Assembly: GCA_005808505.1 (NCBI GenBank)
Contig: SYLX01000099.1
Coordinates: 12,380 to 76,379, forward strand
Source of the DNA: Bdellovibrionales bacterium
GTDB lineage: Bacteria; Bdellovibrionota; Bdellovibrionia; Bdellovibrionales; JAMPXM01
DNA length: 64,000 nt
Direction of reading: 5' to 3'
Below, in pieces: positions 45,818 to 53,707 of the stretch. The translations under genes were made by a program, and so were the position numbers. The notes beneath the pieces are model-generated. The model saw only the letters and a list, made by a program, of their open reading frames with translations. It searched no databases and was not told the DNA's origin. How positions within the stretch are numbered: position 1 is the stretch's first letter; every line of letters starts with the position of its first letter.

Positions 45818-46116
45818 GCTTTGTTCCTCGACCTAGCCTGACTTTCGCAGAGCTATGGGGATCATCAAATCCCAAGAAATTACCAGGGTCTGCGCGCGAT
45901 GCGTGCGGACCTAGCATGGGAATTACCGCTTGCCAGAGTCCTTGTCGTGCGGGTAAACCTTCGTATTCCCGCGCGGCCATTGCCTTCTCATCGCACCCAG
46001 GTTGGGGCTGCCGGTTTGTAATTTAACTTGTTCAATTTAATTTAGTCATCTGCGCGGAACGAGGCCTAGGGCGAGATAGGCTCATGAAATCCGGACGGCG
46101 GTGAAGGAGTTCTCAA

Positions 46117-46368
46117 GTGGTCGTTATTCGTTTAAATCGCGGTGGTTCTAAGAAGCGTCCTAAGTACCGTGTCACAGTTGCTGACTCGCGTGCGTGGCTC
46201 GGCGGACGATTCCTCGAAGTCATCGGGCACTACAACCCGAATCCCCGTGGTCAAGAGAAGAAGCTCGTTCTGGACCTTGAAAAAGCAAACGAGTGGATCA
46301 AAAAAGGTGCGCAGCCCACAAGCCGCGTGAAATCCTTGATGAAGATGGCTCAATCGGGCCAAGCTTAA
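46117..46368 (+). CDS. rpsP: 30S ribosomal protein S16
   Basis: GTG start. VVIRLNRGGSKKRPKYRVTVADSR...IGHYNP. Confidence 0.93.
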   Translation: MVVIRLNRGGSKKRPKYRVTVADSRAWLGGRFLEVIGHYNPNPRGQEKKLVLDLEKANEWIKKGAQPTSRVKSLMKMAQSGQA

Positions 46369-46433
46369 GAGATCTGATTTATCAAGCGGCTTCGTTTGGC
46401 GAGGCCGCGAGTGCTCACCGCAAGAGGTAGATA

Positions 46434-46685
46434 ATGAGCTACGATCATTCCAGCTTGAAGGACCTTGTTGAGTTCATGGCGAAGTCGCTTGTCGACAATC
46501 CCGACCAAGTTGAAGTCAACGAAGTCGTGGGCGAGCAAACAACGGTTGTTGAGCTCAAGGTCGCCAAAGACGATCTCGGAAAAGTGATCGGTAAGCAGGG
46601 CCGCACGGCGCGCTCGATGCGTACGATCCTCAATGCTGCAAGCACGAAGCTCCAAAAGCGCTCTGTTCTCGAAATCGTGGAGTAA
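46434..46685 (+). CDS. KH-domain RNA-binding protein (YlqC/UPF0109)
   Basis: [26 protein letters not shown], in the conserved position after rpsP. Confidence 0.85.
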   Translation: MSYDHSSLKDLVEFMAKSLVDNPDQVEVNEVVGEQTTVVELKVAKDDLGKVIGKQGRTARSMRTILNAASTKLQKRSVLEIVE

Positions 46686-46800
46686 TTTCCGCGGGCGCGC
46701 TCGGCCGGCTGGCTGCTGATTTGCGAGGGGTCGAAGGTGATCACCTTCGATGAGATCCGAGACGAGAATTAGGCGACTCTTGATAAGAGACTCTTCACAA

Positions 46801-46837
46801 GGCGACTCTTCACAAAGAGGCGCCTTTTTTATTTTTT
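46801..46837 (+). terminator. intra-cluster hairpin plus U-tract (terminator or attenuator) before rimM
   Basis: GGCG-A-CTCTT caca AAGAG-G-CGCC followed by TTTTTTATTTTTT. Partial copies of the left arm lie just upstream (46771-46800). Confidence 0.55.
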
Positions 46838-46868
46838 GAGAGCTCCTGGTAATGGGAGGAGTTAAGTC

Positions 46869-47447
46869 ATGGCGAATGAGAAAACGAACGAGACTAAAAA
46901 CCAAGCGGAAGACTTTGTTCGCGTAGGGAAAGTGAAAGACGCCCACGGCATTAAGGGTGAAATCTTCATCGCGCTCTTCGCCGGCGAAGCGGCATGGCTC
47001 GGAAAGCTAAGCGAAATCCGTTTGATCAAGGAAGATCAGCCCGAAGTCGCGGCGAAGACGTTTACGGTTAAATCTGTCCGTCTCCATAAAAATGGTTTAA
47101 TTGCCAAAACCAACGAGATTAAAGATCGCAATGAGGCTGAGAGTTTACAAGGCTGGCTCATGGAAGTTCCCGGTGAGTTCTTAGTTTCTGAAAAAGGTGA
47201 GACGATCTACCTGAAAGAAATCCAAGGTTTTCGCGTTTTCACGAAGCAAAAAGGCGAGGTTGGCACAGTTGAAAACTTCGCGACCAACAACGCTCAAGAT
47301 TTGCTCGTGATCCAGACGAACTGGGGAGAGTTCGAAATCCCCTTCGTCGAGGCGTTTGTTGAGCGCATTGAATTCGAATCCAAAGAGATTCACCTCGATC
47401 TCCCCGAGGGTCTTTTGGGTGAGCTCGACGGCGACGAAATTCAGTAG
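46869..47447 (+). CDS. rimM: 16S rRNA processing protein RimM
   Basis: VRVGKVKDAHGIKGEIFI, followed by a PRC-barrel-like C-terminus. Conserved position in the cluster. Confidence 0.88.
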   Translation: MANEKTNETKNQAEDFVRVGKVKDAHGIKGEIFIALFAGEAAWLGKLSEIRLIKEDQPEVAAKTFTVKSVRLHKNGLIAKTNEIKDRNEAESLQGWLMEVPGEFLVSEKGETIYLKEIQGFRVFTKQKGEVGTVENFATNNAQDLLVIQTNWGEFEIPFVEAFVERIEFESKEIHLDLPEGLLGELDGDEIQ

Positions 47448-47469
47448 CGGTTCAAACTCCGGAAGCTTC

Positions 47470-48291
47470 ATGCGCATTCACGTTCTGACCCTGTTCCCCG
47501 AAATGATCGAAGAGGCGCTCAAGGCCGGTGTCGTAGGGCAAGCGCTACGTGAGAATCGATTTTCAATAAAGACCTTAAACCCTCGCGTGTTCACGTCCAA
47601 CGTGCACCAGACAGTCGATGGCCGACCTTTTGGCGGAGGCGACGGCATGTTGATGCTTGCGGACACGATGGCTCAAGCGCTCGACTCGATCGAAACGAAC
47701 TTGTCCGCGCGTCCTCGCGTGATTCACCTTTCGCCGCGGGGTACACCGCTGACCGATAAAAAAGTTCGCGAGCTCGCTAGCCTGGATGAGCTTGTTCTGA
47801 TCTCCAGTCGTTACGCAGGACTTGATCAACGCTTTTTGAATACGCGCGTGGATGAAGAGATCTCTATCGGTGATTACGTCTTGAGTGGGGGAGAACTCCC
47901 CGCGCTGGTCATCATCGATTCCGTCGCAAGGCTTTTGCCGGGCGTTCTCGGAAATGAGCAGTCTTCGGAAGAAGAAAGTTTCGGTGGGGCAAGTGGCTTG
48001 CTTGAGGAGCCGCAATTTACGCGGCCCCGTGAGTGGGGCGGGCAGGGCGTGCCCGAGGCTCTTCTAAGCGGCAACCACGCAAAAATCGAGAGATGGAAGA
48101 GAGCGCTCCGTTTTCTCGTCACCCTCGATCGTCGCCCGGAGCTTGTGCAAGCAGCTTCCGTAAAAGTTTTTCAAGAAGCGCGGGCCGTTTTTTCGGAACT
48201 CTCGGTAGAAGAGAAGGCCTGGTGCGGATTTAAGGACCTCGATGCGCTCGAAGCAAAATTGAGCGCCTCTCAGAAAGAGAAAAAGAAATGA
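47470..48291 (+). CDS. trmD: tRNA (guanine37-N1)-methyltransferase
   Basis: MRIHVLTLFPEM, RPFGGGDGM, SRYAGLDQR and GDYVLSGGELPA. I chose the start at ATG 47470. Confidence 0.92.
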   Translation: MRIHVLTLFPEMIEEALKAGVVGQALRENRFSIKTLNPRVFTSNVHQTVDGRPFGGGDGMLMLADTMAQALDSIETNLSARPRVIHLSPRGTPLTDKKVRELASLDELVLISSRYAGLDQRFLNTRVDEEISIGDYVLSGGELPALVIIDSVARLLPGVLGNEQSSEEESFGGASGLLEEPQFTRPREWGGQGVPEALLSGNHAKIERWKRALRFLVTLDRRPELVQAASVKVFQEARAVFSELSVEEKAWCGFKDLDALEAKLSASQKEKKK

Positions 48292-48854
48292 AAGTCGCCA
48301 TAGGACTTCTCCATCACCCCATCTACGATCGTCAAAAAAAGGTGGTGGCCACCAATATAACAAACCTGGATGTTCATGATATCGCGAGGGCAGCGCGGGT
48401 GTACGGGATCGAGCGCTACTATTTGATTCATCCCATGGATGATCAATTGATGTTCGTCTCCCGAATTTTAGAGCATTGGCGCATCGGCGACGGCTCTAAA
48501 TTCAATCCCATGCGCAAAACTTCGCTTACCATGGTCCACACGGCGAAAAGCCTTGAGGAAGCCATTAAGGACTGGGGCGGGAAACCTTGGCTGGTAGCGA
48601 CTCACGCCCGGACGCTCGAGGGCGTTCCTGCGATCAGCTTCCGTGAGTTGCGGGCAAAGCTTGAAGAGAATAAGGAGAGCGATGAGCGGCTCTTTTTGCT
48701 CTTCGGAACGGGTTTTGGCCTCACCGAAGAGGTGATGAAAGGGTGTACCTACCTTTTGGAGCCGATTCGCGGAGCGTCCCAAGACGATTACCGACACTTA
48801 TCTGTTCGCTCAGCCGTCAGTATCTGTCTTGACCGCCTCCTGGGGCCATGGTAG
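48288..48854 (+). CDS. predicted SPOUT-like RNA methyltransferase (Methyltrn_RNA_4-like), trmD-linked
   Basis: ATGA overlap with trmD. MKVAIGLLHHPIYDRQKKVVATNITNLDVHDIAR resembles the trmD-adjacent family I remember from Thermotoga and deltaproteobacterial operons. The assignment is from memory only. Confidence 0.5.
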   Translation: MKVAIGLLHHPIYDRQKKVVATNITNLDVHDIARAARVYGIERYYLIHPMDDQLMFVSRILEHWRIGDGSKFNPMRKTSLTMVHTAKSLEEAIKDWGGKPWLVATHARTLEGVPAISFRELRAKLEENKESDERLFLLFGTGFGLTEEVMKGCTYLLEPIRGASQDDYRHLSVRSAVSICLDRLLGPW

Positions 48855-48902
48855 TTCCAAGGATCTTTAGTTTCCATAATTCGAGATTTTGTGAGGATTT
48901 CC

Positions 48903-49316
48903 ATGTCTGACATCGTCCGCGACGTCACGCTGAACAGAGCGCAGAAGAACAAAAACATCCAGGATTTCAAAGCAGGCGACACAGTTGGCGTTTATGTCCG
49001 CATTCGCGAAGGCGATAAAGACCGCGTCCAGCTCTACAAAGGCGTTGTCTTGAAAGTACAAGGCAAGGGCGTTGCTCGCTCCTTCACGGTCCGCAAGATC
49101 TCGGCCGGCGTTGGTGTTGAAAGAACATTCCCCTTTTCGAGCCCCGCGCTCGATCGCGTTGAAGTGATTGCACGCGGTAAAGTTCGCCGCAGCCGTCTCT
49201 ACTTCCTCCGCGACCTCAAAGGAAAAGCGGCTCGTCTGACTTCGACCCTCGTTGGTTTGAAAGATGACAACTCCGCAGCAGCTGCTTCGAAAGAAGCCGC
49301 TCCGGCCGCTGAGTAA
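48903..49316 (+). CDS. rplS: 50S ribosomal protein L19
   Basis: FKAGDTVGVYVRIREGDKDRVQLYKGVV...RKIS.GVGVERTFP..SP....V..RGKVRR..LYFLR. Confidence 0.93.
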   Translation: MSDIVRDVTLNRAQKNKNIQDFKAGDTVGVYVRIREGDKDRVQLYKGVVLKVQGKGVARSFTVRKISAGVGVERTFPFSSPALDRVEVIARGKVRRSRLYFLRDLKGKAARLTSTLVGLKDDNSAAAASKEAAPAAE

Positions 49317-49461
49317 TTGGCACGAACGAACGACGTAAGGCTTCGTCAATGACGGAGCCCATTGATTAGGTCGATTCGGTCTAAAAGAATAAAATCGAAG
49401 GCACGGCCGTGCTTCGGGAGATAATTCTTCCGACGTTCGGTGAAAGATTCGAAGCAACAAA

Positions 49462-49495
49462 GCGCGTGGGTGAACCCAGGCGCTTTTTGTTTTTG
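49462..49495 (+). terminator. rho-independent terminator after rplS
   Basis: GCGCGTGGG tgaa CCCAGGCGC (one mismatch) followed by TTTTTGTTTTT. Confidence 0.6.
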
Positions 49496-49534
49496 GGGCT
49501 TGTCACCTCGCTAGAAATCATCTGAGATAAAGTT

Positions 49535-50251
49535 ATGAGCAGCCGAGTGAAGTCCGCAGCGAAGAGAACTCCAGCAACGAAAGCTCCGACAAAGGCGAAA
49601 TCCCAAGGGGTGATTTGGGAGCCAGTCGATTGGTCGCGCTTTGAACCCTCACCTGTCATCGGCGTGGACGAAGTTGGCCGCGGGTGCCTCGCGGGTCCAG
49701 TCTTTGCCGCTGCCGTCATCTTGCCGCCCGATTTCGCGATCGAAGGAGTAACGGACTCTAAGCTCATCTCCGAAGTTCGTCGCGAGAAACTCTCCGCTCT
49801 CATTCACGACGTCGCGCAAGTCGGTATCGGATTTGCGAGTGTGGGTGAAATCGATCGGCTCAACATTCTGCAAGCGACGTTCGTTGCGATGTCCCGGGCC
49901 ATTGAAAATTTGGGCGTCGGTATGGGGCACGTGCTCGTTGACGGGAACCAAAAAGTTCCGCGCCTTGAGCCGGGCTTTGCGCAAACGCCGATCGTGAAAG
50001 GCGACTTGCGGGCTCTTCCGATCGCGGCGGCCTCCATCGTCGCGAAAGTGGCGCGCGATTCTTTCATGAAGAAGCTCGGGGAGAAGTATCCTGTCTACGG
50101 ATTCGCCAAGCACAAAGGTTACGCCGCCGCTCTTCACCTTGCGGCGATTCAAAAGCATGGACCATGCGTGCACCATCGAAGCACGTTTGCGGGCGTGCGC
50201 GAACACTGGAGTGAGAGTTTGGACGAAGAACGAGCGATGGATCCTTTCTGA
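49535..50251 (+). CDS. rnhB: ribonuclease HII
   Basis: [17 protein letters not shown], and IVAKV.RD...YGF..HKGY. Confidence 0.9.
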   Translation: MSSRVKSAAKRTPATKAPTKAKSQGVIWEPVDWSRFEPSPVIGVDEVGRGCLAGPVFAAAVILPPDFAIEGVTDSKLISEVRREKLSALIHDVAQVGIGFASVGEIDRLNILQATFVAMSRAIENLGVGMGHVLVDGNQKVPRLEPGFAQTPIVKGDLRALPIAAASIVAKVARDSFMKKLGEKYPVYGFAKHKGYAAALHLAAIQKHGPCVHHRSTFAGVREHWSESLDEERAMDPF

Positions 50252-50543
50252 GTGGCTCGTCGCTCGAGACCGCGTCGAGCGTCTGCACGAAGAACTCATT
50301 GCTCACCGTAAACGGTCCAAGTTTGCCGAAGTCGATCTTCTCTTCCAAACACGTCTTGGTTACACGATCGTGGAAGTAAAAACCGAGAGTGACTTTGCTC
50401 TGCTGAGTTTTTCGCAGCGACAGCGCCTGTTGCGGGCGCGCGCCTCGCTCGAGGCGGCAAGCGAAAAGGAAGTGATTTTAATCTTAGCTCTCGTGAGGCA
50501 GCTTGGCCCAAAGGCGGAAATCGAGTACGTCGAGCTTTGTTGA
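50211..50543 (+). CDS. yraN: YraN-family (UPF0102) endonuclease-like protein
   Basis: [22 protein letters not shown] resembles the GEIDLI...FVEVK core. Conserved position after rnhB. The start is uncertain: in-frame GTG at 50211, with the track ATG at 50139 as the alternative. Either way it overlaps the rnhB 3' end. Confidence 0.5.
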   Translation: MRVWTKNERWILSEWLVARDRVERLHEELIAHRKRSKFAEVDLLFQTRLGYTIVEVKTESDFALLSFSQRQRLLRARASLEAASEKEVILILALVRQLGPKAEIEYVELC

Positions 50544-50583
50544 GATTGACGGCTCAAGCAGGCGGACGGAGACTGAATTCACG

Positions 50584-51042
50584 ATGTTGAATCACTCGCG
50601 CAGTTTTCGAAATCTTCTCGTTTTTTCAGCGGCTCTCACGATCTCGCTCGGCACATCCTCGCGCGCGCATGCCGATGCAACGCGAGATTTTTTGGTGAGT
50701 TGCAGTTACGGCGTTCTGGCCGGAACGATGGTCGGTGCCGCGACGTTAGCCTTCACCGACCGCCCAGGCGAAAATCTCAACAAGGTCGCGCGTGGCGCAT
50801 CGCTGGGTCTTTATGCCGGGATTTTACTTGGTGCGTACATCGTCTCGGGAGGACCTTCCGCGGACGATGACGACGACCTCCCGCCTGGTTACATTCAAAA
50901 CTCGTCGCTTCCAACACTTGGGGCTCAGCGAGTCGCCAAGCTAAGCGAATTCAAAGCGCCCGCATTTTACGTTTCTCCCGTTATCGGCGAGAAAGGTTCG
51001 TGGGAAGGCGCCCAAGCCAAAATCCGTCTTCTTGAGTTTTGA
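50584..51042 (+). CDS. hypothetical membrane/secreted protein with Gly-rich hydrophobic segments
   Basis: I chose the start at ATG 50584 (signal-like MLNHSRSFRNLLVFSAALTISLGTSSRAHA). It has two Gly/Ala-rich hydrophobic stretches. Confidence 0.5.
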   Translation: MLNHSRSFRNLLVFSAALTISLGTSSRAHADATRDFLVSCSYGVLAGTMVGAATLAFTDRPGENLNKVARGASLGLYAGILLGAYIVSGGPSADDDDDLPPGYIQNSSLPTLGAQRVAKLSEFKAPAFYVSPVIGEKGSWEGAQAKIRLLEF

Positions 51043-51056
51043 TCTGGCGGCTGAAG

Positions 51057-53627
51057 TCAGCCGCTCTCTCCGCCGAAATTGTAGTCGAGACTCAGTTTGA
51101 AATTTCCGCCACCACCGACAAGTCGCTCGCCGTGAATGATGAGGCCCCAGCAGTTGCCAGGAGGTCGAAGACTGATGTCGGTCGAATACGACTGTGCTTC
51201 GTACCACTTGCGCTCGGATTGGCGGGGATCGAAATTCACCGAGCCTAAAACCGTATAGTAACGAGCGCCGTAGCCGACCCCAAAAGTGATGATCTTTGAC
51301 TCTTCGCGAGTTTCCGCTCGTTCGCGAGTGATCCGGAAATCCTGGTCAAAACCGACTTCGAAATAGTTGCGCGCATCTTCATTCTTCAAACGCAGGCGCG
51401 ATGAGGACTTGGCGACTTGGTGATACGGAAAGAAGCGAACAAGGGACGTCATCTCCACGTTATCCAGGCGAAGATCAAAGAGGCTTGAGATGTCAGAGAT
51501 CGGATAACGGGGAGCCTGATCCCGGCTGGCTTCGGCAAAATCGTAGCTTGCCGAGAGTCGATGGCTTGCGATCTGGCGGTACTCAGGCGAGCCGCTCAGC
51601 CAGCGTTTACGAACCAAACGGTTTGTGATCGCGAGGGTGACCGCTTGGTAGTTCGAAAGTCGGTCGAAATAGTCGAATTGGATTCCGCTCAAGCCCGCAC
51701 CTGCGGCGGTTCCGAAGAAGCTAGAGTTGCTGATGGGCTCGGCATCAAGAAAGCTCGGGACTTGGCTCGTCGATTGAAAAAACGGATGATTTGGCTGCGA
51801 GATGAAGGGCGTCGACGTCCCGATGATCTCGGGCTCAATCTCGTGGCGGAAAAGGCTCGGGCGGTTGGCGGGAGCAACTTGCGCGCCGGCTTCTTGCGCC
51901 CGGCTTTCGGCATCAACCCAGCTGGTAGTCGAGACACGCGGCTCGATTGGCGCCGGTATCGCGTCTTGATCTCCGTAGATCCGATGAAACCGTGTGCGAG
52001 CCGAAATTCTTCCGCGCGCGAAACTGCGCTGAGGAGTTGCTTCAAATGCCTGATCCGGGTTGCTGGGCGCAAGGTTGAACGCGTACTGCGTGAAGCGGTA
52101 TTGCAGGGTTGGCAAGACATCAATGACCCGACCGATTTTGAACGGATACGAAATTTCGGGCGTGAGGTCAAAGCGCTGACCCGTGCGAATCAAATCGATG
52201 GTCGGATCAAAGCGTCCACCGCCGGGGCCCGTTCGCGTACGATCGTAATTCGTTTCGTCACGGAACGTTCCGCTCGATGGAGTCACGTCATCCCAAGCAA
52301 GTTGATCGCGCGAGAAGTTCACGTAGTTGGTGTTGAGGTTGAAAAGTAGCGGCGTTCCAAAAAGGGGCCGTTCCGTGAGCGCGTAGCGAAGTTCCGGCCA
52401 GCGATGAACGGCGTCATCGTTGTCGGCAAGGGGATCCGACTTGAGAAGGTTGATGTAGTAGGCCGCGTCCACGCTGGCGTGAGTACGCTCGGTGTTCTTT
52501 GTGAGACTGAAGCGATTCTCGAGAGCGGGGTCGCCGCGTCCGGGGAGCTCGTCGTAAAAATCACGCAAGTAAAAAAGATCGCTGACCAAGCTGAGTTTCA
52601 ACTTTTGGGCGATGTCGAAGGGTAGATCGTATTTATGCTCGTAGTTGATGAACCAACGCAGCTGTTTTGAGCCTATGTTTTGTCCATTGAACGCGGGTTC
52701 GCGCGGAAACTGAACGTCGTTCAAAAGTGCGGTATTTAACTCACCCGATGACGTATCGCTCAGCAGGTAACGGTAATTGAGATGTCCCTTCTGACCGCGC
52801 TTTGAATAAGATTTTAAAGTAAGCGTTGCGTCCTGGCTTCGTGAGATCGCCCAGAAAAACGGAAAACCCAAAACGACGTTGTCGCCGTTCGTGAAATCCA
52901 TGAAAGGCACGAGAAGACCAGATTGACGTTCGCTCTTCAGCGGCACGATCAGATACGGGAGGTAGAGGACCGGCATCTTGCCGACGCGCAGAACGGGATT
53001 TTGGATGTGCGCGTAGCCGCCGATTTCGGCCCGCATGCGGGAGCCGAGAAACGTCCAAGCGGCGGGGCAAGTTGTGCACGCGGTAAAGGATGAGTTTTGG
53101 GCGTCATACGTATTTGCGCCAGTTTTGCGAACGACTTCGCCTTCGAAAATGACCTGGCCGCTTTTGACGAAACCATTTTCGATTACGCCCGTGTTGTCGC
53201 GGTAGTTGAGAGTTGCGCGATCGCCTTCAACGTAAGCCTGAAGAGAGCTGATGACCAAATTCCCGATCGCTTCGATCGTGAGCGTATTTTCATCAATCAC
53301 CGCGCGATCACAACTGATGTACTGTTGGTCGTAAATGAGTTTTACGTTTCCGTCGAGAACAACGGTGCGCAAATCAAAATCGCGATTGAGGTTATCGGCC
53401 CGGATCTGAATGGTTCCGCCGCCTGGGATACGCACGGTACTACTTGCGGCCTGTGCGCCTGGCGCGAATGAAAATAAAATGAAGCAAAGACCAAAGACCA
53501 AGGTCGCGGCAAATTGAAAGACAGTCGCGCGGCGCGAAGCTGCGGGCGCAACAAAGGCAAGAAAATCTAAGATGCCGTTACCGGATGAGAAGGCCTTCAT
53601 AAGAAGTGAAAGCCTAGCGAGAAACAC
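51057..53627 (-). CDS. lptD: LPS-assembly outer-membrane protein LptD (OstA)
   Basis: An N-terminal OstA-like beta-jellyroll (IRADNLNRDFDLRTVVLDGNVKLIYDQQYISCDRAVIDE...) and a large C-terminal barrel. Total 856 aa. Confidence 0.85.
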   Translation of the reverse strand: MFLARLSLLMKAFSSGNGILDFLAFVAPAASRRATVFQFAATLVFGLCFILFSFAPGAQAASSTVRIPGGGTIQIRADNLNRDFDLRTVVLDGNVKLIYDQQYISCDRAVIDENTLTIEAIGNLVISSLQAYVEGDRATLNYRDNTGVIENGFVKSGQVIFEGEVVRKTGANTYDAQNSSFTACTTCPAAWTFLGSRMRAEIGGYAHIQNPVLRVGKMPVLYLPYLIVPLKSERQSGLLVPFMDFTNGDNVVLGFPFFWAISRSQDATLTLKSYSKRGQKGHLNYRYLLSDTSSGELNTALLNDVQFPREPAFNGQNIGSKQLRWFINYEHKYDLPFDIAQKLKLSLVSDLFYLRDFYDELPGRGDPALENRFSLTKNTERTHASVDAAYYINLLKSDPLADNDDAVHRWPELRYALTERPLFGTPLLFNLNTNYVNFSRDQLAWDDVTPSSGTFRDETNYDRTRTGPGGGRFDPTIDLIRTGQRFDLTPEISYPFKIGRVIDVLPTLQYRFTQYAFNLAPSNPDQAFEATPQRSFARGRISARTRFHRIYGDQDAIPAPIEPRVSTTSWVDAESRAQEAGAQVAPANRPSLFRHEIEPEIIGTSTPFISQPNHPFFQSTSQVPSFLDAEPISNSSFFGTAAGAGLSGIQFDYFDRLSNYQAVTLAITNRLVRKRWLSGSPEYRQIASHRLSASYDFAEASRDQAPRYPISDISSLFDLRLDNVEMTSLVRFFPYHQVAKSSSRLRLKNEDARNYFEVGFDQDFRITRERAETREESKIITFGVGYGARYYTVLGSVNFDPRQSERKWYEAQSYSTDISLRPPGNCWGLIIHGERLVGGGGNFKLSLDYNFGGESG

Positions 53628-53707
53628 CTAGGCCTGTCACCGTAAAAGGTCTCACCCAACGAGAATCAAATCCCAACGGGGATCAAGGCGCACCCTTGAG
53701 TGCGTGC

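Noticed and set aside
45818-46116. Looked for SRP (4.5S) RNA or another structured RNA in the 300-bp gap before rpsP, given the proximity to ffh.
   Set aside because: The conserved SRP domain IV sequence (…CAGGUCCGGAAGGAAGCAGCC…) is absent on both strands, and I saw no convincing long helix. It may simply hold the rpsP promoter and leader.
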